The notes beneath the pieces were generated by a model. It did not search any database, had not been told where the DNA came from, and worked only from the letters and a program-made list of their open reading frames with translations. From positions 434,001 through 498,000 of the forward strand of contig JAVKOQ020000004.1 in NCBI GenBank assembly GCA_031835245.2: 64,000 bases of DNA, written 5' to 3'. This stretch comes from Balamuthia mandrillaris. Taxonomy: Eukaryota. Both the position numbers and the translations under genes were made by a program. Within the stretch, counting starts at the first letter, position 1. Each line of letters begins with the position of its first letter. Of this stretch, positions 52,008-64,000 are shown in pieces.

Positions 52008-52316
52008 CCAATTGAATAAAATGCGAAAAAAAATAATGCCAATCGAATCAGATCAAAAGAAGAAGAAAACGAAAAAGAAAAGGGAGGGATCTTCTTACGA
52101 CAGTAAGGGACTTTGCTCTGCCTTCTCCGGTCCCAGATTTTTTTTTTTGTGGTACAAGTGCCTCGCTGCTGGCGGTGCCCAATTGTTTATCTCTCTTTTT
52201 TTTAACGGTGTTGTCTTCGCGCGTCGAACTTGCGTTGATTGGATTTTCTGTGAATTTCACGCGACGACACGAAACACAAGACGAAAGGTAGGTTCATCCT
52301 ACGAGAGATAGAAACC

Positions 52317-52980
52317 CTATGAGATTTGCCTGCTGGATTGCTCCACATACCTTTGCATGGCGGATAACGGCCACCCCCACTGTTGTTCTTGCTGTTCTCC
52401 TCCTTCTCCTTCTCCTCCTCCTCCTTCTTCTTCTTCTTCTTCTTCTTCTTCTTCTTCTTGTTGTTGTTGTGCTATTTCAGCTTTCTGTTGATTTAAAGTA
52501 CTGCTGTGCCGTTGGAAGAAGGGGGTGGGAGGAAGCGGCCGCAAGCTCCAATCTTGCACGTTAGCGGAGGGACGGCCTTTGGCATCGGCAAAAGGCACTG
52601 CGTTGAGACTGATCTTGACGTGTACATCCTCGTCTGGCTTTGATCTGCTTTGAGAGAACAAAGAGAAGTGAGGAAGGAGAGAAGGTGAGAAGCAGAGAAC
52701 AGGAATTGAACTGGAATGCAAATGTAGAGAACAACGAAGGAACGTACGTGGAGCGATAGACCTCAAACAACAAGAAGGAACCAAAACTAAGGAGAGGGCG
52801 GGGATAGCAGTCAAAACCCAGAGAAGCGAGAAGGGACATGATCGTGTAGTCATGGCCGCTGTACAGCCCGAAGCAGGGTCGTGATGTTGATGACATGCTC
52901 TCCCACAGCTCCATCAGCTCTTGCAATAGCTTGCCTCCTTTTTTGTAATGTTAGAATTGTCTTGTATCTCTCTCTCTCTC

Positions 52981-53020
<40 letters not shown>

Positions 53021-54030
53021 GCTCGCTCGCTCGCGTGGCCTCCGCTGTGGCTTACCGATGAGAGGACCCCATCGTTGGTATTCAGAGAAGAAGCGTTGAT
53101 TCCAAGCCCAATGGGACAACTCATCTATCTTCTGTATGTCTTCTTCGCTCAACTTTTCCAACAATGCTCTGCGTTGCATCTCCTATGAATGCAGAGAGAG
53201 AGAGAGAGAGAGAGAGTGAGTGAGAGTGAAGAAAAAAAGACAGAAAGAAACAGAAGAAGAATGAAAGAATACCTTATTCTCCTCATTACCAATAATGCTG
53301 TACAGTTCGCACTCTATGAGTTCTTTGTAATAGGTTATATCGCTCATTTTCTTTGCCATCGCCATCACTTCCCCAGTTGCTGTTTCCGTTGTGGCCGCCG
53401 CCGCCGTGGCACCACAATAACGCTCTTCCAGTTTAGCCAGGAAGGAGAGCTCCTGTTGCGCCTTTGCCGCAAAGATAGGACCTCGCCGCAGTTCTTCCAC
53501 GAAAGCAGCGAAAGCCGAGTTCTGGAGGTACGCCCTGAAACGGGACTCTGTCTCGGCTTCTGAGGAGTAGGGTTGAGGCTCCTTTGGAACATGCTCCGAA
53601 AACGCCGGCAACACTACTAACAGTTTAAAAATGAAAGAAGAAACCGAGTGAGAAGACAGGGAAGAGAAGAGACGAAGAGAGAGAGAGAGAGACCTTCACG
53701 AAAACCGTTCCAAAAGTCACCTCCGCTTTCAACGGTGCGAGCGGAAAGGCTGGAGCGCCAAATAAGCGTCGGGCGCGAGCCAAACAGGGAGTCAGCGTAG
53801 CGTTGGTGAAACCACCGGCCCAAGCTGCTCATCTGCTGCCGGCCGGTGGGCGACAAGGTCTCTATCTCCTCCTCGCGCCACTGGGTGACGACGGGGGAGG
53901 CAACAACCTGGATCGACTCATCCTCGTCGTTGCGCGCGAGGAAGGGCTTCAGCGCGCCTCGTGTTGGCCCGCGAGCTCCGTGCCTGGCGAGCACTATAGC
54001 GCCGCATAGCTGCCATTCTTGTCCTGCCAT
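52317..54030 (-). CDS. Histidine acid phosphatase family protein with no signal peptide, multi-exon
   Basis: RHGARGP, LSPTGRQQM..LG, RSSLSARTVES, LYSGHDYTI. Confidence 0.85.
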
Positions 54031-54406
54031 TCCTTCTTCACAAATTTATTCCGATATTTTGGATATTTTTTTACAATAATTGGAATAATTGAGATGAGAT
54101 CAGCGGATCAGCTGTAACCATGACAACAAGATGCATTTATCGGAACACGATCGTTTTCGAGTAACGTTACTTGAAAAAGAATATGTTTTCAAATAATGAG
54201 TCGGGAAAAAGGAAACTGAAAAAATAGAACGCACCATTTTTGTGCTTCTAGGCTCATTTACGGAAACCAGATAAATGTCCGTTATTTATTTATTTTTTTT
54301 CTGTTTCTTTCTTTTATTCAAAATCACAAACCAAAACACACACCAAACTCCTCAGCTACACACACAAGCTACTCAACACACACACACACACACACACCAC
54401 CAAACA

Positions 54407-54997
54407 ATGGCTATGCAAGCAATCAAGTGCGTGGTGGTCGGCGACGGAGCCGTCGGCAAGACCTGCCTCCTCATCTCCTACACCACCAACGCCTTCCCCG
54501 GAGAGTACATCCCCACCGTCTTTGACAACTACTCGGCCAACGTCATGGTGGACAACAAGGCCATCAACCTGGGCCTCTGGGACACGGCCGGCCAGGAGGA
54601 CTACGACAGGCTGCGGCCTCTGTCCTACCCCCAGACGGACATCTTTTTGCTCTGCTTCTCCATCGTCTCCCCGCCCTCCTTTGAGAACGTGCGCGCCAAG
54701 TGGAACCCCGAGATCACGCACCACTGCCCCACTACCCCCAAGCTGCTCGTCGGCACCAAGGTCGACTTGAGGGACGACAAGGACACTTTGGAGAGGCTGG
54801 CCGACAAGAGGATGGCCCCTATCACCCCCACCCAGGCCGAGCAGATGAGGAAGGAAATCGGAGCCGCCAAATACCTGGAGTGCTCCGCTTTGACACAAAT
54901 TGGACTCAAGGCCGTCTTTGACGAGGCCATCCGGACGGTGCTCAACCCTCCTGTGACCAAGTCCAAGGAGAAGAAGAGGGGATGCTCTCTTTTCTAA
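54407..54997 (+). CDS. rac: Rac-type Rho GTPase, intronless
   Basis: [56 protein letters not shown], CaaX CSLF. Confidence 0.97.
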   Translation: MAMQAIKCVVVGDGAVGKTCLLISYTTNAFPGEYIPTVFDNYSANVMVDNKAINLGLWDTAGQEDYDRLRPLSYPQTDIFLLCFSIVSPPSFENVRAKWNPEITHHCPTTPKLLVGTKVDLRDDKDTLERLADKRMAPITPTQAEQMRKEIGAAKYLECSALTQIGLKAVFDEAIRTVLNPPVTKSKEKKRGCSLF

Positions 54998-55120
54998 ACA
55001 GTTTATTTATCCTTATTTTTTTGTTGTTAAAATAGAAGAAAGACTTTTTTGTACACCTATCCCCTCTTTTTTTTTTGTTGCTTCCTTCCTGAGCGATCTC
55101 TCTCTCTCTCTTTCTTTCGT

Positions 55121-55157
<37 letters not shown>

Positions 55158-55773
55158 CAGCTGTACACTGTCTTTGCCAGTTTTGCCTCCATTTCTTCTC
55201 ATCCCTTTCCCCTCTTGCTCTCTTCGCCTAGGAAAGCGAACAAAGCTAAGAAGGGCACCACCGCCCCTCATCTCTCTTGGCCGTTGTTGCCAGCGTTCGC
55301 GCGCTCCGCAAAGTTGTGCAAGAGCTAGTCGCCAGCCAAACCAAGCTCCACCAAGAGGTACTCCGCACGCGGCCTTCTACTCCTTCAGGCCACACTCAGC
55401 CAGTCAGCACACCGGCACTGGGTGTGAAGAGCGTGTTGGCAACATCAGACCACCACCTCATCACCTACCCACTACGCTCATTGACAATAGCGGTTAAGCC
55501 TATCGAAGACCAAGCAGCACGTCTCTCCGAATGGGCCTCCACCGCACCTGCTGTGCCCGAGCACGCCACCCACGTCCCTGGCCCTACCATCACGGAGACG
55601 GGACTCTTAACGGCGTGGTCCTCCACCAACTTCAACGAAGCGGGCGGCCATGAGGGTATCGAAGAACGCATGCTCAGTGAAGGTCAAAGAAGTTCTCTTA
55701 CCACACCTCCTATCCCTCTTCAACTACATCGTGCACACACTGGCTTCTCTCTCCCTCCACCACGTTACTCCTC

Positions 55774-55820
<47 letters not shown>

Positions 55821-55955
55821 GTTAATGTCTTGTCTTGTCGCTCTCTCTGCTGGGGGCGTTGTGGTAGGTGGGTATTTTATTATTTTGAATAAGAAATAGT
55901 TCAAACTATCAACATACAAGAAGCAAGAACAGCAACTACTCTCCAGCGGGGAGCA

Positions 55956-58493
55956 TCAAACATGGAGCAGCACAGCTGGTAACGCAGCAGCTAACCTAGC
56001 TGCAGAGGAGCCTCCTCCGTCAGAGCCGTCTCCGTCGCCGCCATCTTCAGAACCATTAGGATCAGAATCAGAAGAGGAAGAGGCAAGAGAGGAGGACTCG
56101 CCTGTGCCATCATCGCTGCCCTCCTTGCCGCAAGAATAGGGAGCTGTGGGTTGGTCCTTCAACGGCAAGAATGGGCGAAGGGGTTCGATGCCATCCAGGC
56201 CCGTTCCTACGCCTCCAGTTCCTTCCACACCCAACAGCGAAACGGCACCGTTGCACTCCAGGTTGTACACCAGCATGGCATCCTCGTAGGCGTTCTGCTC
56301 GCCGTCAACCACTCCGTTGCTGTCCACTTCACCCTGTTTCAACAAATCCTTGGTCAAGGCATCTCCGTTCTCACCGCTCAAAAGGTCCCCGGTGTTGTTC
56401 CACTGCAGCCAGGCCTCCCCGTTGATAGCAGCAACGTAGGGGGCTTGGTAGCAGTAAGCAGTGGCACAGGTCACCCATGTCAGCTCCACCTTCTGGTCGG
56501 TGTCTGGGAAGCGCACTGTGGTGGCAATGACCTCGTAGGTTTCAGAATGGGTGGGAACATCGGAGCGCATGCGACTGCCTTGGTCGTGGGTCACCGTTCT
56601 GGTGTGCTCTGCATTCTTCACGCGCTCCTGGAGGAGAGCAAATGATCCCTCCAGGTCATCCTCGTCCAGCTCAGCTGCCTGAGTCAAGATGGTGACGTCG
56701 TAGTTGGCGGTAGACAAGTCGCCTTCCAACTTGTGTGGGATCCATATGGCGGATACTCCCTGTTTGCGTCCTTCTGGGTCGGCGACATACATCAGGGTAT
56801 AAGCTTGCTCGCGGTTCTTGCCAGGCAGCGGGGTGTCCTGGTCCACTTCAAGCACTTTGAACGGCTCTCCTTCATCTGGCACAAAGGTCTTGATCATAGC
56901 CTCCGGCATTTGCTCTGCATAAAGGACTCTCCAGGCGAAGGCCGCGCGGCCCTTTCTGAAGGCGATGACTGAGTTCTCAGGCAAGGCCAAGCGGAGGTAC
57001 TGGGCGGACAAGTCCACCTCCTGCCCGTTGATGGTGATGGAGTCTGCGTCCAGCGGAAGCCAGATGAAGGTGGCCGAGCTGAGCTTCTTGTTGCACTGCA
57101 CGCCTGATTCACAAGACAGCACACCAGGAGGGTAGGTGCGACGAACGTTGAGCTGAGTGCCCAGATCTTGGATGCAAGTGCCATCATAGTAGTCATACCA
57201 GAAGTAGCCATAGGGCTCCTCTCGACCCAGGAAGGGAGACTCCCGGTACCAGCTCATTATTCGGTACTTGGCCCTCCATCCGTAGGGGGATTTCTGTGGG
57301 TTATCTTCTGGGTCGGCCGGAAGGTCGTAGACCACTGGAAAGGTTTGTTGCTGGCCGCCGACTAAGGTGGAACAGGCCAAGGAGAAACTGGGAGTGAACA
57401 AGGAGTACAGCTCTGCTCCATTCACCGGGTCGAAACGTTGTCGCACTACACGATAGGGGAGCTGGCTGAGCTTCAACTCTTCAGTGGGAAAGAAGAACTT
57501 ATCGGAGAGATAGGAGTTCTCGTCCAGTATCCTGGGGTAAAAGTATCGGGGGTAGGCGCTTTGAGCAGAGTACAGCAGGTTGCCAGAGGTCACCTCGCCA
57601 ATAGCATTTCCTGGTCGAGTCTCTGGAAACTGGAAGTAAGTAAAGTAGGCCACTGGAGCTCCGTCGGCCAACTTCCATCGATAGCTGCGGCTGTTTGGTC
57701 CACTCATCTTGGCTGGTACAGGAGGCCAGTAGCTGCCAGCCATGGTGGACCATTGGTACTGCAGCAGCATGCGCACGGTCTCCTTGACCTCCGGGTCCTC
57801 CGTAAAGTAAAACACAGACTCTATGGCCGACAGCCCAAAGACATAGTACTGGTTGGTATTATATTCCTTAATGCCACGTCGGTAGACCCATGTGTAGGCC
57901 ATGTCCTCCAACCACCCCTTGGCCAATTCCATGGTTTCCTCGTTCTCGCTAGCCTCTCCGATCAGAAGCAGGGCCGCCACCAAGCTGGCCTTGGAGTTGT
58001 CGAACCATTGACCCCATTTGAGGTAGTAGTCATGGCCGACACGCATGGCGGCCTGGTAGTCCTCGCTTTTGAAGAGCTGCCACACGGACTGGGGCCAGAG
58101 CTCGCCATAGGCCATCATGTTGAGGCCGACAGAGATGGAGGTGAAGGCGTGGGCGTGGTTGGCAGCGCCGTAGCCGTCTTCTGCATTCCGGTCGATCAGC
58201 AGCTGTAGCTTGTTGAGCATGAGCTGAGCGGCCGCGTCGATGGCCTCCTGACTGTAATTATGATGGTAAAGGAACCTTGGGATGGTGTCGAGGTTGTTGT
58301 CCAAGACATTGGCAGCCGGAGTGGCTTCTAGGAAAAGTTTCATTGCTCCCGGTAGAGGGTAGCCCGCCGGAGCTTCGCAGTCCACCTGTCCGCCGGAGGT
58401 GCAGAGAGCAGATGAGCTCCCGGATGGGAATCCCAAGGCCAACAGCAGGGCGACCCCGAGGAGCAAAGCTCGAGCGGCGTGCGTGATCGTCAT
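55956..58493 (-). CDS. Intronless 845-aa secreted, probably GPI-anchored protein with heparinase II/III-like (alpha/alpha-toroid plus beta-sandwich) motifs
   Basis: Signal MTITHAARALLLGVALLLALG..SSA. Motifs ANH, GIKEYNTNQYY, MSGPNSRSY. Ser/Gly/Asp linker and hydrophobic end AARLAAALPAVLLHV*. The ORF is solid; the product call is tentative. Confidence 0.7.
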   Translation of the reverse strand: MTITHAARALLLGVALLLALGFPSGSSSALCTSGGQVDCEAPAGYPLPGAMKLFLEATPAANVLDNNLDTIPRFLYHHNYSQEAIDAAAQLMLNKLQLLIDRNAEDGYGAANHAHAFTSISVGLNMMAYGELWPQSVWQLFKSEDYQAAMRVGHDYYLKWGQWFDNSKASLVAALLLIGEASENEETMELAKGWLEDMAYTWVYRRGIKEYNTNQYYVFGLSAIESVFYFTEDPEVKETVRMLLQYQWSTMAGSYWPPVPAKMSGPNSRSYRWKLADGAPVAYFTYFQFPETRPGNAIGEVTSGNLLYSAQSAYPRYFYPRILDENSYLSDKFFFPTEELKLSQLPYRVVRQRFDPVNGAELYSLFTPSFSLACSTLVGGQQQTFPVVYDLPADPEDNPQKSPYGWRAKYRIMSWYRESPFLGREEPYGYFWYDYYDGTCIQDLGTQLNVRRTYPPGVLSCESGVQCNKKLSSATFIWLPLDADSITINGQEVDLSAQYLRLALPENSVIAFRKGRAAFAWRVLYAEQMPEAMIKTFVPDEGEPFKVLEVDQDTPLPGKNREQAYTLMYVADPEGRKQGVSAIWIPHKLEGDLSTANYDVTILTQAAELDEDDLEGSFALLQERVKNAEHTRTVTHDQGSRMRSDVPTHSETYEVIATTVRFPDTDQKVELTWVTCATAYCYQAPYVAAINGEAWLQWNNTGDLLSGENGDALTKDLLKQGEVDSNGVVDGEQNAYEDAMLVYNLECNGAVSLLGVEGTGGVGTGLDGIEPLRPFLPLKDQPTAPYSCGKEGSDDGTGESSSLASSSSDSDPNGSEDGGDGDGSDGGGSSAARLAAALPAVLLHV

Positions 58494-59230
58494 CTTCGCT
58501 CTCCTTCGAGCCTGATCGCAGCGAAATTGTTCCAAGCTAATTAATATGTGCGGGTAACGCGGTAATCCAGCAGAGCGAAGTTTTGTTTGTGCGTCAACTT
58601 GTTGTGTGCGGAACCTGAAAAACAAAAGGTTGGTGATGAAAAAAAGCAAAAGGGGCAAAAGGGAACGACAAAGGGAGGGAAGCAGTTAGCAACAAATAAA
58701 TATGAATAAAACGTTAAAATGGGAATTGAGCCGATGCAAATGACCTGCGAAATTACCTCTGTGGTGAAATGATAGGGGAAATGCCCATGTATGGCAGCAC
58801 GGCCTCTCTTTGACTGCTGCTATAAACATGCGATTGGCAGCCGGAGTTAGTGTTGCACCGTTTCCTGGTGCGTACGTAATTGTTGAGTCGCAAGCAAGTA
58901 GGGTGGCTGTTCTTTGTCAAATAACACCAACCATCCTTATCGTCAACATGCACGATGACGAAGAGGATGAAGCAATTCTAATCTGCCCAAGGGCACAGGA
59001 AGCTCTCGTTGCGTCCGAAAGCGAGCAGTTTCGGCCAAAAGGGAGTTTTTGGTGCGCATCGCTCACAGCTCTCTTTCTTCGTTCCGCTGGTGTTTATCCA
59101 TCAGGACGACACGATACATGGACATGAGAGAGGACGTGAGAGCGGTGTAACTCGTCGCTATAATAATTAAAAAAAAACGATAATAATAAATAAGAAATAA
59201 AAGAAAGGAATAAAAGGTGCGGGCAAGCGA

Positions 59231-61576
59231 ATGGAACAGGCGGTGGTGGACCTGCTCCAAAAAGAGCAGCAAAGGAAGAAAGCAACGACGACCTCGGGGG
59301 GCTCCCAACATGGCTCCCCCTCTCAGCCGCGACGCGCGACGCTACCCGTGTTCAAGTTCTTCCCCGCCCTGGAGAGGGACGCCATTCGCACCATGAACTG
59401 GGACGTCATGAAGCCCACCTGGAAGAAAGCGGGCAGCGGCGCCACTCCTGCCTCCTCCGTTCCTTCCTCTCCCGTTACGTCCAGGTTGACTCCGACCCCC
59501 ACCACCACCACCACCACCACCACCACTGCTGCTGCTGCTGCTGCTGTTCCGGCTTCTGGTTCGCCGGTGCCGCAGTTGTCTTTGGGAAGTCTGGCCGTTG
59601 CGTTGCAGAGGCCGTCTCCCTCTCCGTTGAGCTCGCCGAGGAGCTCGCCGCGACGAAGCTCCATAGACGTCCTCCAGCAGGCGACCTACTCGGAGGTAAA
59701 CGAGATGCCCTCCGCCAACGAGCTGAAGCAGTTCACCATCGCCAAACAGCAGACCTACCGTACCATGCGGCTTAAAAAGAAGGCTATGACCGTGGAGGGT
59801 TCGTTTTGTTTTTCTCCTGTTTTGTGAGGCGACGTTGTTCAGTTGTGTTCTTTTTATTTCTATCCTTTCGTCCACGTGCTCGTTGTTTCTTCTTTCAGTG
59901 CGTTCTTATGCTCCTTTTGCAACGAGCAGACCTTCGCCCGTTGATCGCTTCATGGCAGTCATGGGCAGGCGTCAAGAACATTATAGAAGTCCAAGAGGTA
60001 GAAGAGGATGAAGGAGCAAAAGCGCAGGAGGAGCAGCCTACGAGCAAATGGGCGCTGCTTCGAAAGAAGAAGCTGCAGATATTGGCGCAGGCCTCCGACG
60101 ATGAGGTGAAGAGAAAAGCGGAAGCCACCCAACGTTCAGAAAAGCAGCGACTCACCAAGGATATTCTCCTCCAAGAAAGGGATGACCAACTTCAATGGCA
60201 ACAACTTCAAAAGCAGCAACAACAGAGAAATGAGGCAGAGGAAACAGCAACTGCAGAACATACAGAAACGCAAAAGTTGAAAGAGAAACTCGAAGTGTCC
60301 CCAGAAGGAACAATACAAAGCGAGACGGAGCTGAAGACAGAAGAAGACAGAAAAGAGCAAGAGCAGAAACCAGATGAAGGTCCAATGATCCTCCAAGACG
60401 ATCCGGATGATCTGGAAGGTTACCTCGCCGTCTTTCAAGACAAAGAAGGCAGCAGAGCAGTTGAGAACATCAACCTCTCGGCCTTGGGTCTGGGAGATGA
60501 GAATGTAGCCTCTTTCATGGAGGCAGTACGGGGCAGTCATCCCGCTGTTCTTCGATGCTTGAAGGGGATGGTGCTTGATGCCAACGATTTGCACGAGGTC
60601 GGTGCACGTGCCATTTCGGATGTTCTCAAAACGAACGGCTGCGAGATGGTATCGTTGAGTTTGAAGTGGAACAGCATCGGTTTGTTATTTCTTTCAAAAC
60701 AGGGGAAAATAGAGACCTAACCACAGATGAATAGGTATTGACGGAGCACCGTTCTTGGCGGACGCATTGATGATGAGCGACACATTGACGGTGTTGCAGT
60801 TGGAAATGAATGAACTGGAAGCGGAAGGAATGATAGCTCTGGCTGAAGGCCTAAAAACCAACACCAGTCTCACCGATGTCAATCTGATGCAGAATGAAAT
60901 CGGTGATGAAGGCGCTCGTGCCTTGGCCGAAGCTTTGAAGGAAAACAACTCTATCAAGTGTTTAGGTATCCTCTCCGTTTTGTTTTCCCTCCGTAGTTGT
61001 TTCGTTTTTTTTTTGTGTTTTCTTATTGAATGGGCTTTCTCACGTTATTGGTAGATATCAGCGGTAATAACATCGGACGTGGTGCCATGGACCTTGCCGA
61101 AGCGCTGCGACACAACCAGTCCATTCGCTATCTTGTTTTGAGCGAAAATATGCTCTACGATGAAGGCGCAACGGCAATCGCTGCAGCCATGAAAGAGGAC
61201 AACAGAACGTTAGTATCGTTGGAAGTGAAGGATAACAGCATTGGAGAAGCCGGCCTTCTGGCGCTGGCAGAAGCTTTGCAAGTTAACCCAACCTTCAACG
61301 ATCTTGACGCTACTCTCAACATGCTCTCACTTAAGGCGGAGCTTGCGTTCATGGGAGTGATAGAAAGAGATGAAGAAGAACAAAAACAGTCACAACAAGA
61401 ACAAAAGGAAAGGAGAGATGTAATCTGGAAAGATCCTGACATGCCTTCTACGTGGAGCGAGGAGGAAATCAAGGCCATTGTTGATCACTATGGAAGCGCA
61501 AATGCATGTTTATCTCTCTCTCTCTCTCTCTGTCTCTCTGTCTCTCTGTCTCTCTGTCTATCTCTGTCTCTCTGTC

Positions 61577-61609
<33 letters not shown>

Positions 61610-62855
61610 TTGTTGTTTTACTTTTGTATTCTGACATTGGAAATTTAGATACTGAACCGCTTGTTGGATGGTAGAAGCTTCCGCCCGTTAATCGGTGACG
61701 AAGATCTGCTCCACCACCTATCTCTTTCTTACGAATCTGCCATCGCTTTTCTGGATCGCGTTCTCTCCGAGGTAGCGTTTGCTCTTCTTCTTATTATTTT
61801 TCTTTGGTCTTACTTATTACTCCCAATAATAGGAGGGTTCCTTGATGGCAGCCGGAATAGATATGCTCATCGTAATGTTGAAGCGATGGGAAACGTCGAA
61901 ACACGATCCTGACACTGCTTGGGAGAACATGGAGCCGTTTCTCCAGGCTCTTCATAATCGCATGGATCAGTTCCTACAAATCCTGATTTCGAATAAAGGA
62001 ACGGCTATCCAGACAACGGCAGGACCGGTGCACCCTGTTGGAACATTCCGCCTTAAGATTGTGGAGCTACTGCGTTCCATCATCCAGGCAAACTTTATTA
62101 TGTTCGACTTAAAACTTCGTGATTCTGGAAGTATTTCTGCTGCCTTGGTTTGTTCTGCTTCTGTACTCTGTTCTCTGTTCTCTGCTCTCTGCTCTCTCTG
62201 CTCTCTCTACTCTCTCTTTTATCCTATGCTCTCCACTGATTTTGTCTGAACCCGTTTGTGTTGTCTTAAAGGATTTGTTTATCGACTACAAGTGGAACAA
62301 CTTCCTGCATCACCAAGTGCGACGGTTCATAGCGGCCGCTCTTCATGCCAACAGAGAGCTCCTCACAAGAGAAGTCATTTCGGGATGTAATCTGTTGATG
62401 GGCATTGCCTCCAAGTGCTCTGACGAATGGTTCGTTCATATATTCATTTATTTTTTTCGAAAATGGGTTTTACACAGTGCTTTTCGATTTACTCATTCAA
62501 AAACATAAAGCGAAAAAGAACAAGGACAAAGGAACGGATACACGGGAGACCTTATTGAACTGGCAAAAGAAGTTATCAAGGCTGCTTCCGACAATGAGTT
62601 GCTTCGCAGTTTGACCACTGGTATGCTCTTTCTCTCATTTTTTTTTCTATTTCTCCTCTTGTTCTCTTGTATCGTTTTAGCTAACACAACCAACTTAAAA
62701 CAGAGAATGAAGTTTGGAAGGCGTTCACAGAGAACCAGCTGGCACAATGGCAAGAAACACAAGAATGGCCGTTCCCAAGACCCGTTTGGAGGCCTCCCAC
62801 CGAGGAGGAGATCCAACGCTTCAAAGAAAGAGAAAACGCAAAGATGAACTCTTGA
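59231..62855 (+). CDS. RI-like leucine-rich-repeat protein with a C-terminal SAPS (PP6/Sit4 regulatory subunit)-like region, multi-exon
   Basis: LRRs LTDVNLMQNEIGDEGARALAEALKEN and LEVKDNSIGEAG. SAPS-like PVGTFRLKIVELL, DLFIDYKWNNFLHHQV, RNGYTGDLIELA, VWKAF. Confidence 0.78.
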
Positions 62856-62967
62856 ATATAAAAGAAAGAAAGAAAGAAAGAAGAAAGTATACAACAAAAA
62901 CTGGTGTAGAAAATGTGGTAATGTTTGATACAAAAGATTTTAGCCAACCGTTTTCTCCTCTCTTTGT

Positions 62968-63800
62968 TTACAGGTACATGGAAGAAACGTATGTAGAATT
63001 GCTGTCTTGTTCGTTCCGCCGATCGTGGTAATGCTCTTCTTCATAGTCTTCAACTGTTGGGGATTGTTGTCCTCGTTCTTGTGCCTTTCGTTGTATTCTC
63101 TTCCTCGCTTCGTAGTCTTCATCCAAGGTTGGTAATTCGTATCGACATGTTGGGCATGTGTTCCTCTGTTGTTTTCGTTGGGTTGGATGAACGAAGAAGC
63201 AAGATGCGAAGAAGTAAGAAAGCTGGAGAAGAAAAAGAAAAAGAAAAAGAAAGCAGAAGCAGCAGCAGCAGCACCAGCACCGGCAGCAGCACCAGCAGAA
63301 GAAGAGCAACAGTAACAATAACAAGAGGGAAGGAAGAAAGAAGGAAGTGGCAGAAGGAAGAAGCAAGCAGCAAAGGAAAGAATGGTTACCCGAGAGAGCC
63401 ATGGCAAGAGGCACATATCGTGAAAAATGTGTTTACATGGCATTTGTTTGGCGTCTTCTTTTTGCTTGAACGCTGCATCAAAAGAGTGTATCCAGTTAGA
63501 GGAGCTTGTAGAGAAATGATGGCGGGTAAACCTACGGTTGCCACAAACAGTGCAGTCTAAGCCGCGATGGACGTGCTTGTCCTCTATGACCACGTCCGGC
63601 AACTCGCTGATGGACAGCTGTGAAGCAGGTGGGTTGCCGCCGTCGCTGCGTTTTTTAGAGGATGGGAACGCGTCAAAAGGAGGATGAGAGGGAGCTGAAT
63701 GGGAAAGAGAGACAGAAAAAAAAAAGCAGACGAACCCGCTGAGGTTGAAGCCCATTGCGCCGGATCGCAGCAGTTCAAGCATGTGTTGTACGTCCTCCAT
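62968..63800 (-). CDS. RING-H2 E3 ubiquitin ligase, RNF181/RNF126-like, multi-exon
   Basis: NPPASQLSISELP, CTVC..F..KQMPCKHIFHDMCLLPWL|RNTCPTCRYELPT, ends SMYL*. Confidence 0.85.
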
Positions 63801-64000
63801 CGCGCTGGCAAACGTTTCCCGCCCGTATAGTCCGTACTTGTTTCCTTTGCGCCTCGTAGCCCAACGAGAGAGAAGAAAAAGTCGGCGGTGTCTTCTCTCT
63901 TTTCTCTTTCTTTTTTTCTTTGCCAACCAATCATTTGGTGTCGACGAAAAAGAAGTTGGCATATTCCCCCAAAAAGTTCCATCCCGTTGGGTTACGATGC

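Noticed and set aside
60966..61054. GTATCCTC donor as a possible U12-type intron
   Set aside because: It deviates from RTATCCTTT and has no clear TCCTTAAC branch site near the acceptor.

Overview
Gene-dense eukaryotic genomic DNA: about 26 protein-coding genes in 64 kb, with short GT-AG introns full of pyrimidine microsatellites. The style suggests a free-living amoeba (Amoebozoa, possibly Balamuthia-like); that is inference only. Recognisable genes: histidine-kinase 3' end, a secreted NIDO/TSP3-like protein, acyl-CoA oxidase, ClpB/Hsp101, TFIIF beta, a Frizzled-CRD membrane protein, nucleoside hydrolase, TRAPPC4, a proline-rich WH2-like protein, steroid 5-alpha reductase, a TBC1D8/9-like RabGAP, an atypical Rho GTPase, an Air1/ZCCHC7-like zinc-knuckle protein, two tandem membrane-protein paralogues, RBM48, PepD, a SMYD-type SET protein, CDP-DAG synthase, a histidine phosphatase, Rac, an LRR-SAPS fusion and an RNF181-like RING ligase. 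The standout observations: (1) an almost intronless ~2140-aa polyprotein fusing a possible glycosyltransferase-like region, vWA, a Pol-beta-type nucleotidyltransferase with an inserted RanBP2 finger, an MPG-like glycosylase and a uracil-DNA glycosylase; (2) a ClpB/Hsp101 with an apparent ER signal peptide; (3) an intronless, secreted, possibly GPI-anchored protein with heparinase II/III-like motifs; (4) a recurring promoter palindrome, TGTCGACA/TATCGAYA. Exon boundaries were read by eye and are approximate. No database searches were run.
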